Source: Vicugna vicugna (lineage: Eukaryota). From it: a stretch of 64,000 nucleotides of DNA. The stretch covers positions 4,220,739 to 4,284,738 of the forward strand of contig MU058009.1 of the NCBI GenBank assembly GCA_013265495.1, given 5' to 3'. Of this stretch, positions 24,001 through 35,600 are shown piece by piece (positions within the stretch are counted from its first letter, which is position 1; every line of letters starts with the position of its first letter). Position numbers and translations under genes: made by a program. The notes under the pieces were generated by a model. It saw nothing but the letters and a program-made list of their open reading frames with translations. It was not told the origin of the DNA and did not search any database.

Positions 24001-26639
24001 AATGCCCAGGACAACGTCATAGCTTTGAAGGCCCTGCCTGTGGCGGACGGCTCGGAAGCACCTGGAACCTCTCTTGTCTTCTTGCTGCAGTTGAGGTGCC
24101 TGGCTTCTCAGGGCGTGGGGAGGAGAGGTGACTAAGCCTCTTAGTTCGTCTGTCATCCAGTGGAGGATTGACAGCTGTCAGCTTTCAGTTCCATTTAACG
24201 GTATTTTGGAGCCAGGCACGGGGGACACAAATGTTCAAAGAGCGTTCCTGCCCTGCGACTAGGACGCTTCTACGTAGAAATGCCGTGAATACACCGGAAG
24301 GGAAGGAGGGGGTTTATCTGCACGCTTCGGCAAGAGTACAAAGTTGCATTTCTCCAGGGTCTTCGGTGGCGAGCAGAATTTCTCAGAGCTCCAGAGAGAA
24401 GCATCCTGGGCAGGTGCAATGGCACGCACCACCCTGGAAAGTCCAAAAATGTGTGACACATAGGAGGAAGAGTGAGGACCGTAAGGGGTCCCGGGGCAGG
24501 CTTCTGGGGTGAAGCCACGGGGCGTGTGGCCAGAAGGGTGGGCTGCGTCTAGGATGCGATGCCCTGTGTGTCCGGGAAGGAGCTCAGTGATCAACAGAAG
24601 GATTCGTGTCCGTGGTTCTTCTAGGTTTTCTACAAGAACCTCACTTCTCTGCCTCCAGGAGCGTTGTGTTCAGTTGTTCTGGCAAAGGCCAGATATCCAG
24701 AAGCCTCTCAGTGGAATGAAATGGCAGCTGCCAGGGGCAGCGAACCTTGGGAGGAAGAGAGAAGCATCGGAAGGGAAGAGTAGCGCCCAACCCAGCTGGT
24801 CCAGTGTCCCTCCCTGGCGTGTCCAGGTGCAAAGGAGAAAGACTCAAAGACTCTGCTGCCGTCGGGTCAGCACGTAAAGCACTGAAACGTGAGTCCTCTG
24901 ATTGCAGCCACACTGAGGACGTGCTCCCCGCTGCGTGGTTACGGCGTTTTCCTCTGCACACCAGCAAACTGAGCACGTGACACGGGCTTCGCTCTGTCGT
25001 GGCGGTGACTGTCCCAGAGCGTGAGGATGCCGCCAAGGGTAAATGGGAGCCCCGCCCACCACCGCCACCCACGTCCTCACTGGTACCTGGGAGCCACGTT
25101 CAGAGGGGGGACGCGGTGTTGCAGGTGTCTCCAGGCCAGCTTGGGCTGGATGCTGTCCCCCGCTGGAGGATGTCTTAAGATTTATATTCCTGTTGAAAGT
25201 CTTCTGTGATAATTTAGTGTCTGAGGTTGGCATGAAATCTAACTGGCTCCTGCTGGAGTCCGGCTCAGCGGTGAGAGGCTCCCGGAGATGTGGGAGCATG
25301 ATGTTTTTCTTTCCAGAGATCTTCATTTCATGTTATTTGAGAAAAAAATTTATGGATTTAAAATTAGGGCAGTTTAATTTGGTGGCATGTTTTCTTTATG
25401 TCTCAATTATATATTCATGTCTTTGTGGTAAACTCAGCTGGTGGGGGGATTAAGAATTCAAAATAGAGGATTTCCACTTGGCAAATAGTGCTTTCCGTGG
25501 TGATTAATTGAGAGTCTGCACAATGAACCCGGCATTGGCCCCGTTGGGGATTAAATAGCTCAGCAGAGACAAGTAAGATTTCAGGATCCAGGAGTTGTGG
25601 AATCCAGTCTGAATCTAGACATCAGTACCTGGAAAAACGACCTACCTCTTTGATCTATCTCAGATCAGATGTGCTTTGTAGAAGTGTTTTGATGTCTCAC
25701 ACAATCTGATTTGGAGAGAGGTACCAACAGAAGGGAGCCACCACTACCTGTGAACGCCCCTCATTAGTGCATGAAGGCGTCCCGGCTCTGCCTGCCTCTG
25801 TCTGACGGTGGCTCCCTAAGCATCCCCGATCCTCTGTGCCAAGGGTGCAGACGCGTCCCGCTGCAGAGTTGGGTCCCCCTTCCACAGAGCCCGTCTGGAT
25901 CGCAGCCCCTCCCCATCCTGGGTCCCTCGTTTGCCGTCTGTGCGCCTGGGTCCTGGCCTCCTCCCCTGGAGACGCTCCCCTCTCTCGCCGTCATCCCCTC
26001 TGCTTTTCCTCTTCCACTGAGCCTGCTTCGTGGCGCCTCCTTTGCTGCCGACCTTGGGCTGCAGAAAGGGGCGCTGGTGCCAATGCAGCCCCTCCCTCAA
26101 GGACCCACGCTAGTCATGACCTTTCTTGCCACCTCGAGATTGGGGATCAGAAAAATTGCCTTTCCTTTTCCCCTTTCACTGAGGCCCAGACCGCCATGTG
26201 CCGAGTGCTGAAACACCAGTAGCAATAGATACAAAGTGGGTGACAGTGTCCTTAGGGTGAACACCTAATGCGGCTGGGACAGCGCCGTTCACGAGAACCG
26301 CAGGATGGGGGCAGATGCTCCTGCCAGCTGGGGAGCAGGGCCAAGCCCGGGAAGGCCCAGCAAACAGAGGTCTCTTGAAAGTGATGGTCTGACGTTGTAG
26401 CTCCCAGTTGTCAAAACGAAAGCAAAACAGCTGGTCTGCCCACACCCACTCCGCTCCCCACCACCCACCGCTCTCCACTCGCGGCCGGAGCGGTCCTCCC
26501 AAGCCTGAAACTGTCGGGACCGAGGGCTGCCCCTCACCCGAGGGGAGCCGGCTCCGGCCCGAGGGCGGCACGTCCTGGGACGCGCCCCTGTCCCTGTTCT
26601 CACGTCATTTTATTTCGCTGGTCTTGTTCATTCCAGCCA

Positions 26640-26950
26640 TGGAGATGGCCCTCTGCCTTGCGTTCTTCCCTCTTTTCTCTCTGTTAACCCCACTTATCCT
26701 TCAAACACTAACTCAAATGCCACGTCCTGGGGGATGCTGCCTCAGACCCGCCAGTCCTGGGTTAACCCCTCCCCACCTCCCCAAGGACCGAGGGCCACGC
26801 AGGCCTCTGTGCTCCTCGCCAGGGTGACAGTTCAACGTGTGTTTGTGATTAGCGGGTGATGTGGGTTTTCCCAGGAGGCTGTGGGGCCTGCCCGCTCTCC
26901 CATCCTGTCCCCGGTGCCTGCAACGTCACAGGGGCCCACAGGTACTTGTT
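26640..26950 (+). mobile_element. L2 3' fragment
   Basis: cttatccttcaaacactaactcaaatgccac...ggtgcctgcaac...caggtacttgttgg. Confidence 0.5.
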
Positions 26951-27023
26951 GGCTTAAAATGGGCCCATAAAGCTGCTTTTTTAAGCCATTAAGCAAAATG
27001 CTTCATTGTGTGTCGAGACTGGC

Positions 27024-27498
27024 TGTGACAGGCTAAATCGTGGCCACCCAGAGATACCAGGTCCTGATTTTTGGAAATGGTGAACGTTACCCTATATGAT
27101 GACGTCTTGGCAGATGTGACTAAGATTTGACATGAGGAGATGGTCATGAGTTAACCAGCGGGGGCACAAAGTGCACTTACATACTTTCTTAGAAGACGGA
27201 GGCAGGGGATTTGATACAGACACACAGGAGAAGCCAAGTGACGCTGGAACAGAGTCAGCATTGCCTCCCTGACCGCGGGCCTGACGCGGCCGTGAGCCAG
27301 GGCGTGTCAGCGGCCAGCAGACGCTGGAAGAGGTGAGGGACAGACTCCCCGCAGAGCACCCAGAGCAAGCGTGGTCCTGCGGGCACCCGGGCGTCAGCCC
27401 GGTGAAACCGACTGTGAATGTCTGGTCCCCACCTCCTGTCGTTTCAAGCTGCCGAGCCCGAGGTGATTTGTTCCGGCCGTCCCAGGAAGCACGCATGC
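27024..27498 (+). mobile_element. MaLR solo LTR (MLT1C/D-like), diverged
   Basis: Starts tgtg...aatcgtggcc..., contains tgaacgttacc...tggcagatgtgactaag, gacacacaggagaag, gctggaagagg and gtgatttgtt...caggaa near the 3' end; the pattern matches the MLT1 consensus. Confidence 0.7.
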
Positions 27499-27703
27499 TG
27501 GCGGCAGCACCGACTCCCCGGCGGGGGACGTCAGGCAAGGTCCACGCTTCTGAGGACAGGGCGGTGCTCCTCTCCCTCAGCTTGATGCTGTGTTACTGTC
27601 GAATGGACAACAGGAATCAGAGACATGAGGTAGAGCCATCCACCTGAGGGGGTCGGTGCAGACGCTCCCCGTGTCCCCTACTTTGTTTTAAAATAGCTTC
27701 TAA

Positions 27704-27932
27704 GTAGGAGGGTGTAGCTCAGTGGTGGAGCGCAGGCCTAGCATGCACAAGGTCTTGGGTTCAATCCCCAGAACCTCTGTTATTAAAAAAAAGTAAATAA
27801 ATAAATAAACCTAATGACCTCCCCCCAGAAAATAAATAAAATAAGACAAATACATCTTTAAAAAAAAAACTTTAAAAAGTAAGCATGCAAACCAACAAAA
27901 AATAAAGTTGAAAACAAACAAATTTTTTTTTA
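27704..27932 (+). mobile_element. Camelid tRNA-derived SINE (vic-1-like) with long A-rich tail
   Basis: gagggtgtagctcagtggtggagcgcaggcctagcatgcacaaggtcttgggttcaatcccc: A box about 27715-27725, B box 27758-27768, then an (aaat)n/aaacctaatgacctcccc segment and A-rich tail. Degenerate TSD aaatagcttctaag / aaataccttatgag. Confidence 0.9.
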
Positions 27933-28590
27933 AATACCTTATGAGCGTTACCAGGCTCTGCCCTCAGTGCCTTCTCTGGGCACTGGCCGGCCTGCCGCCC
28001 TCCCTCCCTCCGCAGGCAGGTAGAAAGGGTATGGTCAGCCCTCGGCTGCAGCCCCTGGGGCGGTTCTCCCGTAGCCATAGGCTAGACTCTGGGAGAGAAC
28101 GCAAAGACCAGACAGTTGTCCCCAGAGAATAGTCTAATGGGTGGCAGAGAGAAGTTCATTACAATATAGAGAGAGAGTCGAGGCAGGGCCCGGGGACGGT
28201 GACCCGAGGCCTCTACCTCCGAGAACCCCAGGACACTTCCTAAAGCACGCTTTGCTTTAGTTGAGTGCTGACCAGGACTAGCCAGGTGCAGCAGGGAAGG
28301 GGGACTGTCCTAGACAGGTGACAGCATGTGTAGAGACCACGAGATGGACAGGAACGTGGCCCATTCAGAGAACCCAGAGGCATCCCTTGCACAGGCTCTA
28401 AGTGGGTGAGAGAGGCTGGGAGGTGAGCCCGGACAGGTGAGCTGCACCCAGATCCCACGAGGCCCCGTAAGCTGGCTGCAGAGGTTGAGATGTCTTCATG
28501 GGCAAAAAGGCCCAAATTAGGGGAGAAAGGACCCTATTCAGGGAGATTTCTCGATGATTTCTGTGTTGCTGAGAGGATACCTGGGAGCCG

Positions 28591-28626
28591 AGCGAAGGCA
28601 GGAAGCCCAGCGAAGGCAGGAAGCCC
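28591..28626. repeat. Perfect 18-bp tandem duplication
   Basis: agcgaaggcaggaagccc x2. Confidence 0.9.
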
Positions 28627-28704
28627 TGCAGGATTTCAGCTTCTCCAGTCTGTTCCTTCCCTGGGGCCTCCCAGAGCTGCCAGGTGGGAGGAGGCAATGT
28701 CGAC

Positions 28705-28952
28705 AGGAAGTGGGTGGGAAGGGATAAACTGGGAGCTTGAGATTTGCAGATAGTGATGACCGTATATAAAATAGATAAACAGCGAGTCCTGCCGTAGAGC
28801 ACAGGGAACCATGTTCAGCATCTTGCCGTCATCCGTAGTGAAAAAGAATACGAAAAGGAGTGTACGTACGTACACGTGTGACTGAAGCAGGATGCTGTGC
28901 ACCAGAAGTGGACACGTTGTAACTGACTGTACTTCAGTTTAAAGAAAAAAAA
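28705..28952 (+). mobile_element. L1 3'-end fragment
   Basis: gggataaactgggag...gaaaaagaatacgaaaagg...tgctgtgcaccagaag...aactgactgtacttca plus poly-A. Confidence 0.85.
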
Positions 28953-30469
28953 AGGAAACAAACAAAAACCCGGCGAGCAGCCTGCACCCTGACCTTGAGC
29001 TGGTGTAAGTGGTTGACTGATTCTCCGACTTGGCTTCCGTGAGCACCTGTTTGGAAGATGAGTGGGGCTGGCAGGGAGGTGAGACGTACAGTCTGTCCTT
29101 TCTGGGACCCGGTTCCCCCCTCTTGCCGTTCCCCATCTGTCTCTCTGAGGCTGCTTTTCCTCTGATGTCACCAGCAACTTCTTTTTCATCTCCGCCTGTC
29201 CTTTTTGTCATCTTCTGCCTCTTGCAGTTTTTCATGCTTTTTCGTCTCTCTTTAGTCTTGCTCTGTTCTGCTGTCTCCTCGCTCCCTTGTCTGAGCCACC
29301 ACCGCGCACCTGTGTCCGCACCATCTTCATTTTGACCTTCTGGTCTCAGTCCTGTGCCCTCTTTGGCTGATGGGTTTTCTGTTCTGTTTTTGTCCAAATC
29401 CCCTTTCCGTCTGCATTTTCTTTCTGTCCCTCTCCCCCCTCTCCTCGCTCCTTGGCCCGTTATCCTTTGGCATCCCTGAGCGGTACCCACGGTTCTCCTC
29501 CGCCCCAGTCTGCAGCCCCGCGCTCCCCAGCCTGCCGTCCCCCTCAGCCCTGCCATCTCTGCCCCACGGCCTGTCCGTTAGGACCATTTCTCCTGTAAGC
29601 GGCATCCATGGTTTTCCCTCCAACGCTCAGAGTTCACGTGGCCGTTGTGCAGAGGATAAGATAATCAAGTGTGCTTTTTCTTTATTTATTTTGCCTTTCC
29701 CTTAATAAGCACATCTTGAAACTGAGCTGCAGTGTCACGCACACTACCACCTCCCCGGGGAGTCCGCATTCAGTCTCAGTTGAAATTGTCAGCTTGCGCA
29801 GCCCAGGGAAGGAAGACGGTACTTCTAAGGGTTCTTTGTTGAGACTCAAACATGGTGTGTCTGCGTCCTTTGTCCCTGACGCAGCGTGTATGTGTATGCA
29901 CTTGTGTGTGCGTGCCGGGGGCGGGCATGGAAGGCACTTACAGCTGATCGTAATCGTGGGGGTAGAGGACTTGCCACGTTTATCCAGAGCGAACGTGAAG
30001 GGCTGCAAGGAAAGGAGGGCTCGACCCTGCGGCTGCGGCTCCTGGGAGGACGTTAGGAGGGGCCCTTGTGACAAGCGGATGCTTTACGCCCCTGCCTCTC
30101 ACGGATCCACTCGAAGAGAATGACAAGTGAAAGAGCGCCATCGGAAACACCGTGGCCCCTCTACCAGCCACCGGGGCCCTTCTCCTGCCGTCTGGCCTGG
30201 CCTGGCCGCGGGCAAGAGCTGCAGGAAAGAGCCCTTCCGGGGGCGGTGTGGGGGCCGCGGTGCGGGGGCCACGTTGCAGGAACCAGAGCTGAGCCCCAGG
30301 GGCCTTCCCGGCCCCCGCTGTGCCCAGAGGCCACCCCTGCTCCAGGCTGGGGTACTTCTCTGGGGCGTGGTGTGCCCACAGATACGCTGGTCCTGGAAGA
30401 CTCATCTCACAGCACTGTTAGAGGCGGCCGGAGGGGACAGTGGTGCCCAAGCTTTCATCGCGCAGTGAC

Positions 30470-30720
30470 AGCGATATTTGCAGTCGGGGATTGTTGAACC
30501 CTTACTGTCTGGCTGCCAGGGACTGAGCGAAGGGCTTTATGCACGTTATCGCGCTCAAGCTTCACAGCCACCCTGTGCCTCACATGCTCTTGGATCCTTA
30601 CTTTATTTATTTTTTTGACCCTTAGTTTAGAGGCGAGGAAACTGAAGCGTCCCAGCCCGGGTGAGGTCTCCCATCAGCAAGCAGCAGAGCCAGGATCCAA
30701 GCTCGGGTGGCCTGACTCTG
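30470..30720 (-). mobile_element. MIR SINE
   Basis: cttcacagccaccctgtg...gaggaaactgaag...gcagagccaggatccaagc...ctgactc. Confidence 0.6.
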
Positions 30721-32459
30721 CGCAGCCCAGCCTCAGGAGCCGTGTCCCTTTCATGAGCAAAGGCAGGTTAGTCTGACTCAGGACCGGTCCCCGGTGGGGC
30801 GGCCCCCTGAGCAGGAGCCATGTGCTCTGACCGCTTCAGAGCCAGAGGCCCCTTGGTGGCCACCCTGCCGGTGTTCCTCAGTGCTGTTGCGTGGCCCTGT
30901 TACCCGCCGGCAGGGCCCAAGGCCTCCCCCACCGGAGATTCCGATTCCGGAGTTCACTGGGGATAAGGCCGCGGCATCCTCGATTTTTCAAACACGCTGG
31001 GTGCCTGTAGATTTCGCCCATGTTGAGGACCACTGTTATGATATTACAGGTGGGAGGCCATGAGACTTGAGAGGTTAACTGGCTCGTCCAAGGTCACAGG
31101 GCTCGCAGAGTGTTGTGACGACCGACCCGGCTCTCCGGGCTCTCCTCCAGAGCTCTTTCCTTGATGAAGGACAGCTCCCTCCTCGTGTGTGAGAGAACAC
31201 AGTGAAATGTGGTGGGTAAGAACGTGCCCTGAGACACAACTGCCCTGACACACTTCACTTCGTGCTTTGAGTTTGTCACGTCTACAAAATGAGCATAATA
31301 AGGCCTGCAGGTCTCAGGGAGTTGCTGTGAGTTGATAATGTGACATGATCCCACCCGAAGGCTTCAAGTCCTGCCCAGCACATGGCAATGATCTCACTGT
31401 TTGGAAAGGACCACTCACTAGACAGCAGCCTTGCCAGCCGTGCTCAAAGAAGTCTCAGACTTCAATTTTAAAAACGGTACGTAAGTTCAGAATGTTTATT
31501 AGACTATAAGACCATTGAAGATGGCCTGGGTTCTTAAAACACACCTTGAGCATGTTGCTGTCACCTGTGGGCCCTCACTGTACCTGCTAATGGCCTGTGT
31601 GGCCGCTGGTGGGCTGGGTTGGGCCCAGCGTCCAAATCCAGTGTGGCCAGGTTGCCCCCAGCCTGTTCCCACAGCAGGGCACTGCTCTGCCTCCCCAGGG
31701 CTTCTCCACCCCGTCGCCGGACAGAAGCCCAGGCATTTGGAACAGTGGTGCTGGGGAAGAGCGTTTGCACTCATCTCGTAGACCGACCAGGCCCGCTGTC
31801 TGCGGAAGACTGCTGTCCTGGTGTTTTCAGTTCCGTCCAACAGGGATAGCGTGGGAGAGCAGCGTGCTCTCTCTTCCTTCCTCTGATGCAGTGCAGTCCC
31901 TCCCAAGTCTCCCGTGCCGTCGCTGGTCCCTTCCTACACCGCTGTCTCCGTCTCAGCCTTTTCTCACCTGTTGGTCTCTGCACCGTCTCCTTCTGCTCTT
32001 CTCAGCTGGAATCACACCCAGTGATCGGCCCAAGCCCGCAGCGTTGGCTACTGTGGTTTCACAACTGAAAACCATGCCCTGATGTCCAGCACCCGCAGAG
32101 CGGCATCTTCGAGAGCTCATCGATTCCCCTCTGGAAAGCTCTGCCCTGTTGAACACTGTCCTCGCCACCCCAAGTTCTCTTGCTTGTGTGCTGGCAATCT
32201 TGAAGAATGAAGGTGCTGCAACCCTATTGCCAAGGACAGAGAACCAGAGGTGGTCCTGGATTCTCCTTCCCATGGCGCCCCTGGCTCAGCCAGCCACCTC
32301 ATTCACGTCTCCCCATCCTCACCATCACCGCCTCGGTGCAGGGTCTCACCTCTCCTCACACGCTCAGTTGCCTTGGATGCAGAGTCTGTCCTGCACTGCA
32401 CACCTCCGTCCAGTGGCTGGAGAGATAGTAACAGAACAGGGCTGTCGGGTTCCTGCTGG

Positions 32460-32600
32460 ACCGTGGGCACCAGGTGTAGCTCTTGCAGAGGCTCATTTAA
32501 ATCTCACAGCAGTCGTAGGCAGCAGGTGAGAATGTGACACCTACACTTCAGATGAGGAAACCAAGGCTAAGAGGAGTGGAAATCCTGCTAGAGATCAGGA
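32460..32600 (-). mobile_element. MIR SINE fragment
   Basis: ctcatttaaatctcacagcag...cagatgaggaaaccaaggct. Confidence 0.55.
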
Positions 32601-35600
32601 GGCCTCACGCGGAAGATGGGGCTGCTGAGAGGTTGCCCACGGTGGCTCCGCACCCTCCCCGGGATGCTGAGCTCTCGCTGTGCTTCCTCAGAACCGGCCC
32701 CTGGCTCAGTGCCGCTTCGTGCAGAGAAGAGCCCTTTTTCTCTTGCTGTTTGGGATGTTGATTTCATTGCATTTTCAAAATATTTCATGCTTTAATTTAA
32801 TGTATCTAGTGGTATTGTGCAGTGCCCTTGGCATCTCGGGAGAAGAGAGAGTTTTATAAATAAAATTGTTATTACAGCTGCTCTGCTAGCAGCCCCGCAG
32901 CTGTGGGGCAGAGGCATCGTTATGCTCAGTGTGGGAAGCCCTCACCCGAAGCCCTCTGTGCTCCAAGTCCTCCCTGTCCCTTGTGCTCTCTCCTGCTTGC
33001 TGCGTCCAGACACAGTCAGGTCGAGTTTCTCCTCACTCTCTCCACCAGGACTGATCGTTGATCAGAAAAAACCTCAGACAGAGTTCTGTGTAACGTATTC
33101 TGGAGAATATGACCTAGTTTTTTTTTTTAACCTTTTAGAATTACTGAGGTTCCAAATCCCATTTGCTAGACCTGTAACGTCAGTTTTGCAATGAGTCAAA
33201 CCTCCTTGCTCACTCTTGCTAAATAAGACCTCATTATTTTTCAGTCTGTGGCAGAAATCCCTTCCAGGAGACTCTGGGGCTGGATCGGAATCGATCCCAA
33301 TGCTTATTTGGAACCTGGGATTTCAGAGCTCCAAACTTTGAGACTTCTGCAGACACATTTTTTTTTTTTTGGTCGGTCTTGAAAGGAAGTAAAGCTCAAA
33401 CAAGGGGAATAAGGTGAAAATCTCTATTATTGACCATCAATTTTAGCATGAAGGCTGCTTTCGGGAACCTGCCTGCAGCCTCACGGTCCCGTAGCACCTA
33501 AGGAGCGAGAGCTGTGAGGGGACCGTGTCTTCTGTTTATAGGATGCCTGTGAGCTGGTGAGGAAGTCCCAGGGTAAACCGATGCCTGAGCTGGGCTGTCT
33601 CCCCGGCCATCTCCCAGATCACACTACTGGGTTTGACCTTCCCTCTCTCAGCTCCCCACACGGCATGCCCCTTTTCCCATTATTTTCAATGCATTTTGCT
33701 CATTTGTTCATTCGCTAAAAATTAACCAGGGACTTAGTAGGTCCCAACGCTATGGCCAGTGTGTGCAGGATGGGCAAGACCGGCATCATTCCTTACCCCT
33801 TTCGCTTCTTCACATCTTCCCCTCCTTTCAGCTTGGCTTGTCTCCATCTCAAGCAAATGTTTGCTTCCTCATTTACAGTTGCAGTAAGGGTTTCTGAAGA
33901 AGGTTGCTAATTAACCAAGAGCAATACTCTGCACTGTCTCTACTCCGTGTTTTCAGAGAACGAATGGGAGTAGCCAATCTGTCCACCCCAGACGAGTTCA
34001 TTGCCATTCAGACAGTGGCTGACACGCACCTTGCCCGAGGCTTCTTGTGTTATGAGCAGCATATTGGCTTTAGTTGTCTGTACCTCTTCCCAGCTACGCT
34101 GGGAGCCCTAGACGAATGGAAGACACAATAACACGAAAGAATTTATTGCATCATACGTGGTGGCCGTGCACGGTGTCAGTCGCGGGAAACACGGTCGGCC
34201 CGTTCAGGGTGGGGATGTGCCGTCCTCTCTCCACACCGCACAGAAGGTGTTGGACATCTGACAACTCTGTTTCCTTCTGGCCAAATAAGAACATGAGATG
34301 AACTGTGACCCAGATGTCCAGGTCAACAAGAAACGGACAGGATGACGCCTGCTTGGCCCCCAAAGGGAAGAATAATTTCCAGCGAAAAATGACTAACCAG
34401 AAAAGTTCAATTTGCTATAAAGGATGCAGCCTAGAGACCTAAGTCAGTTGGGTTTTCCTGCAGCTCGGAAATGCTTCACAAGGAACACAGCAATCAGAGA
34501 GAACCCAGGAAACTCTGCACTCCTGGGCTCAGTCTTCTCAAGGCACACGAGTCACCTGGTGACACTTTGTGTCCCTGCTGAGGACAAGGCACTCTCCACG
34601 ACACTGCTTGAGCTGGAGAAGAACGCTCCAGCCCCGTCCCTCATTTTCGGATGAGTTTGTCCTCATTTGTCACCTCTCGAAGTCCATCTAAAGAGGTGCG
34701 ATTCCAGACCATCCTCCCCACGCCTTTCTCCAGGGGGACCGTGAACTTAGGAAGTCCCCTTGCGTGCACAGGGCGATCCTGGGCTGCGGGTGGAAGGCTG
34801 GCCTGGTCCGTCTTTCCCTGCTCTGTTGGGTATCTCATATCACTCTCAGTGTAATTCTGGTTAGTCCTTTAATAAAAATGGCCAGCTCGCCCAGAGGTAG
34901 CAGAATAGGAATGAATGGGACCTGCGATTGTCCGCACACCAGAGTCCCTTGTCAGCCTCATCTCCCATCCATGCTGCCAGCCCAGCCTCCTCTGGGACCA
35001 AGACGTTTGAAAACAGTGCGGCAGCCTCATCTCCCGGGCAGTGTTTGTCTCCATCATTTGCTTTATTAAATATTGATTTTCTGTTGCATTATTAAACCTC
35101 AAGTCCGGAGCATAAATTCTGGGCTGATACTTTCATCTGGCTCTCCTCATTTTTTTGGCTTTTAGAACTGATTTTCAGGCCAGATCTCCTGGGGAATCGT
35201 TAAGGCAACCCAGGGCCTGAGAGAAACCTGCCTGCAGAAAGATGGGGAGCCCAGGCTTGAGAGGCGCTTGCCTCCCAGGGCAGGACGAGAAAGACTGAGC
35301 AGGTCTTCGCTGTGCGCTCATCCCGGACGCACACGCCCGTCCGCGCTGGGATTCCAGCCGTCGTTCCGGGAGGCCCGTCGGAGTCACACTGTGGGCGAGT
35401 GCGCTGCGGAGCCGGTTTCAAACTCAGACGCCCCAGAGCCCTTCAGACATTATCTAATCCGCCATCCACTCGCCCCCTTCTGTGTTGGTGTCTCGTATTC
35501 CCAGGCCTTGAGTCATCCCTTCTGACCACAGCGTCCTTCGCCTTTTCACTTACCTGGGGCCCCTGGTTCACCCTTCCTTCTCCTTCCTGTCTCTCCTTTC

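Noticed and set aside
27704..27780. tRNA gene-like sequence with A and B boxes (also at 6935-7008 and 47835-47915)
   Set aside because: Each has an A-rich tail, target-site duplications and degenerate stems, so these are SINE heads rather than functional tRNAs.
29130..29560. Long pyrimidine-rich tract giving Lys/Arg/Glu-rich and hydrophobic ORFs
   Set aside because: Low-complexity strand asymmetry with no periodicity or homology.
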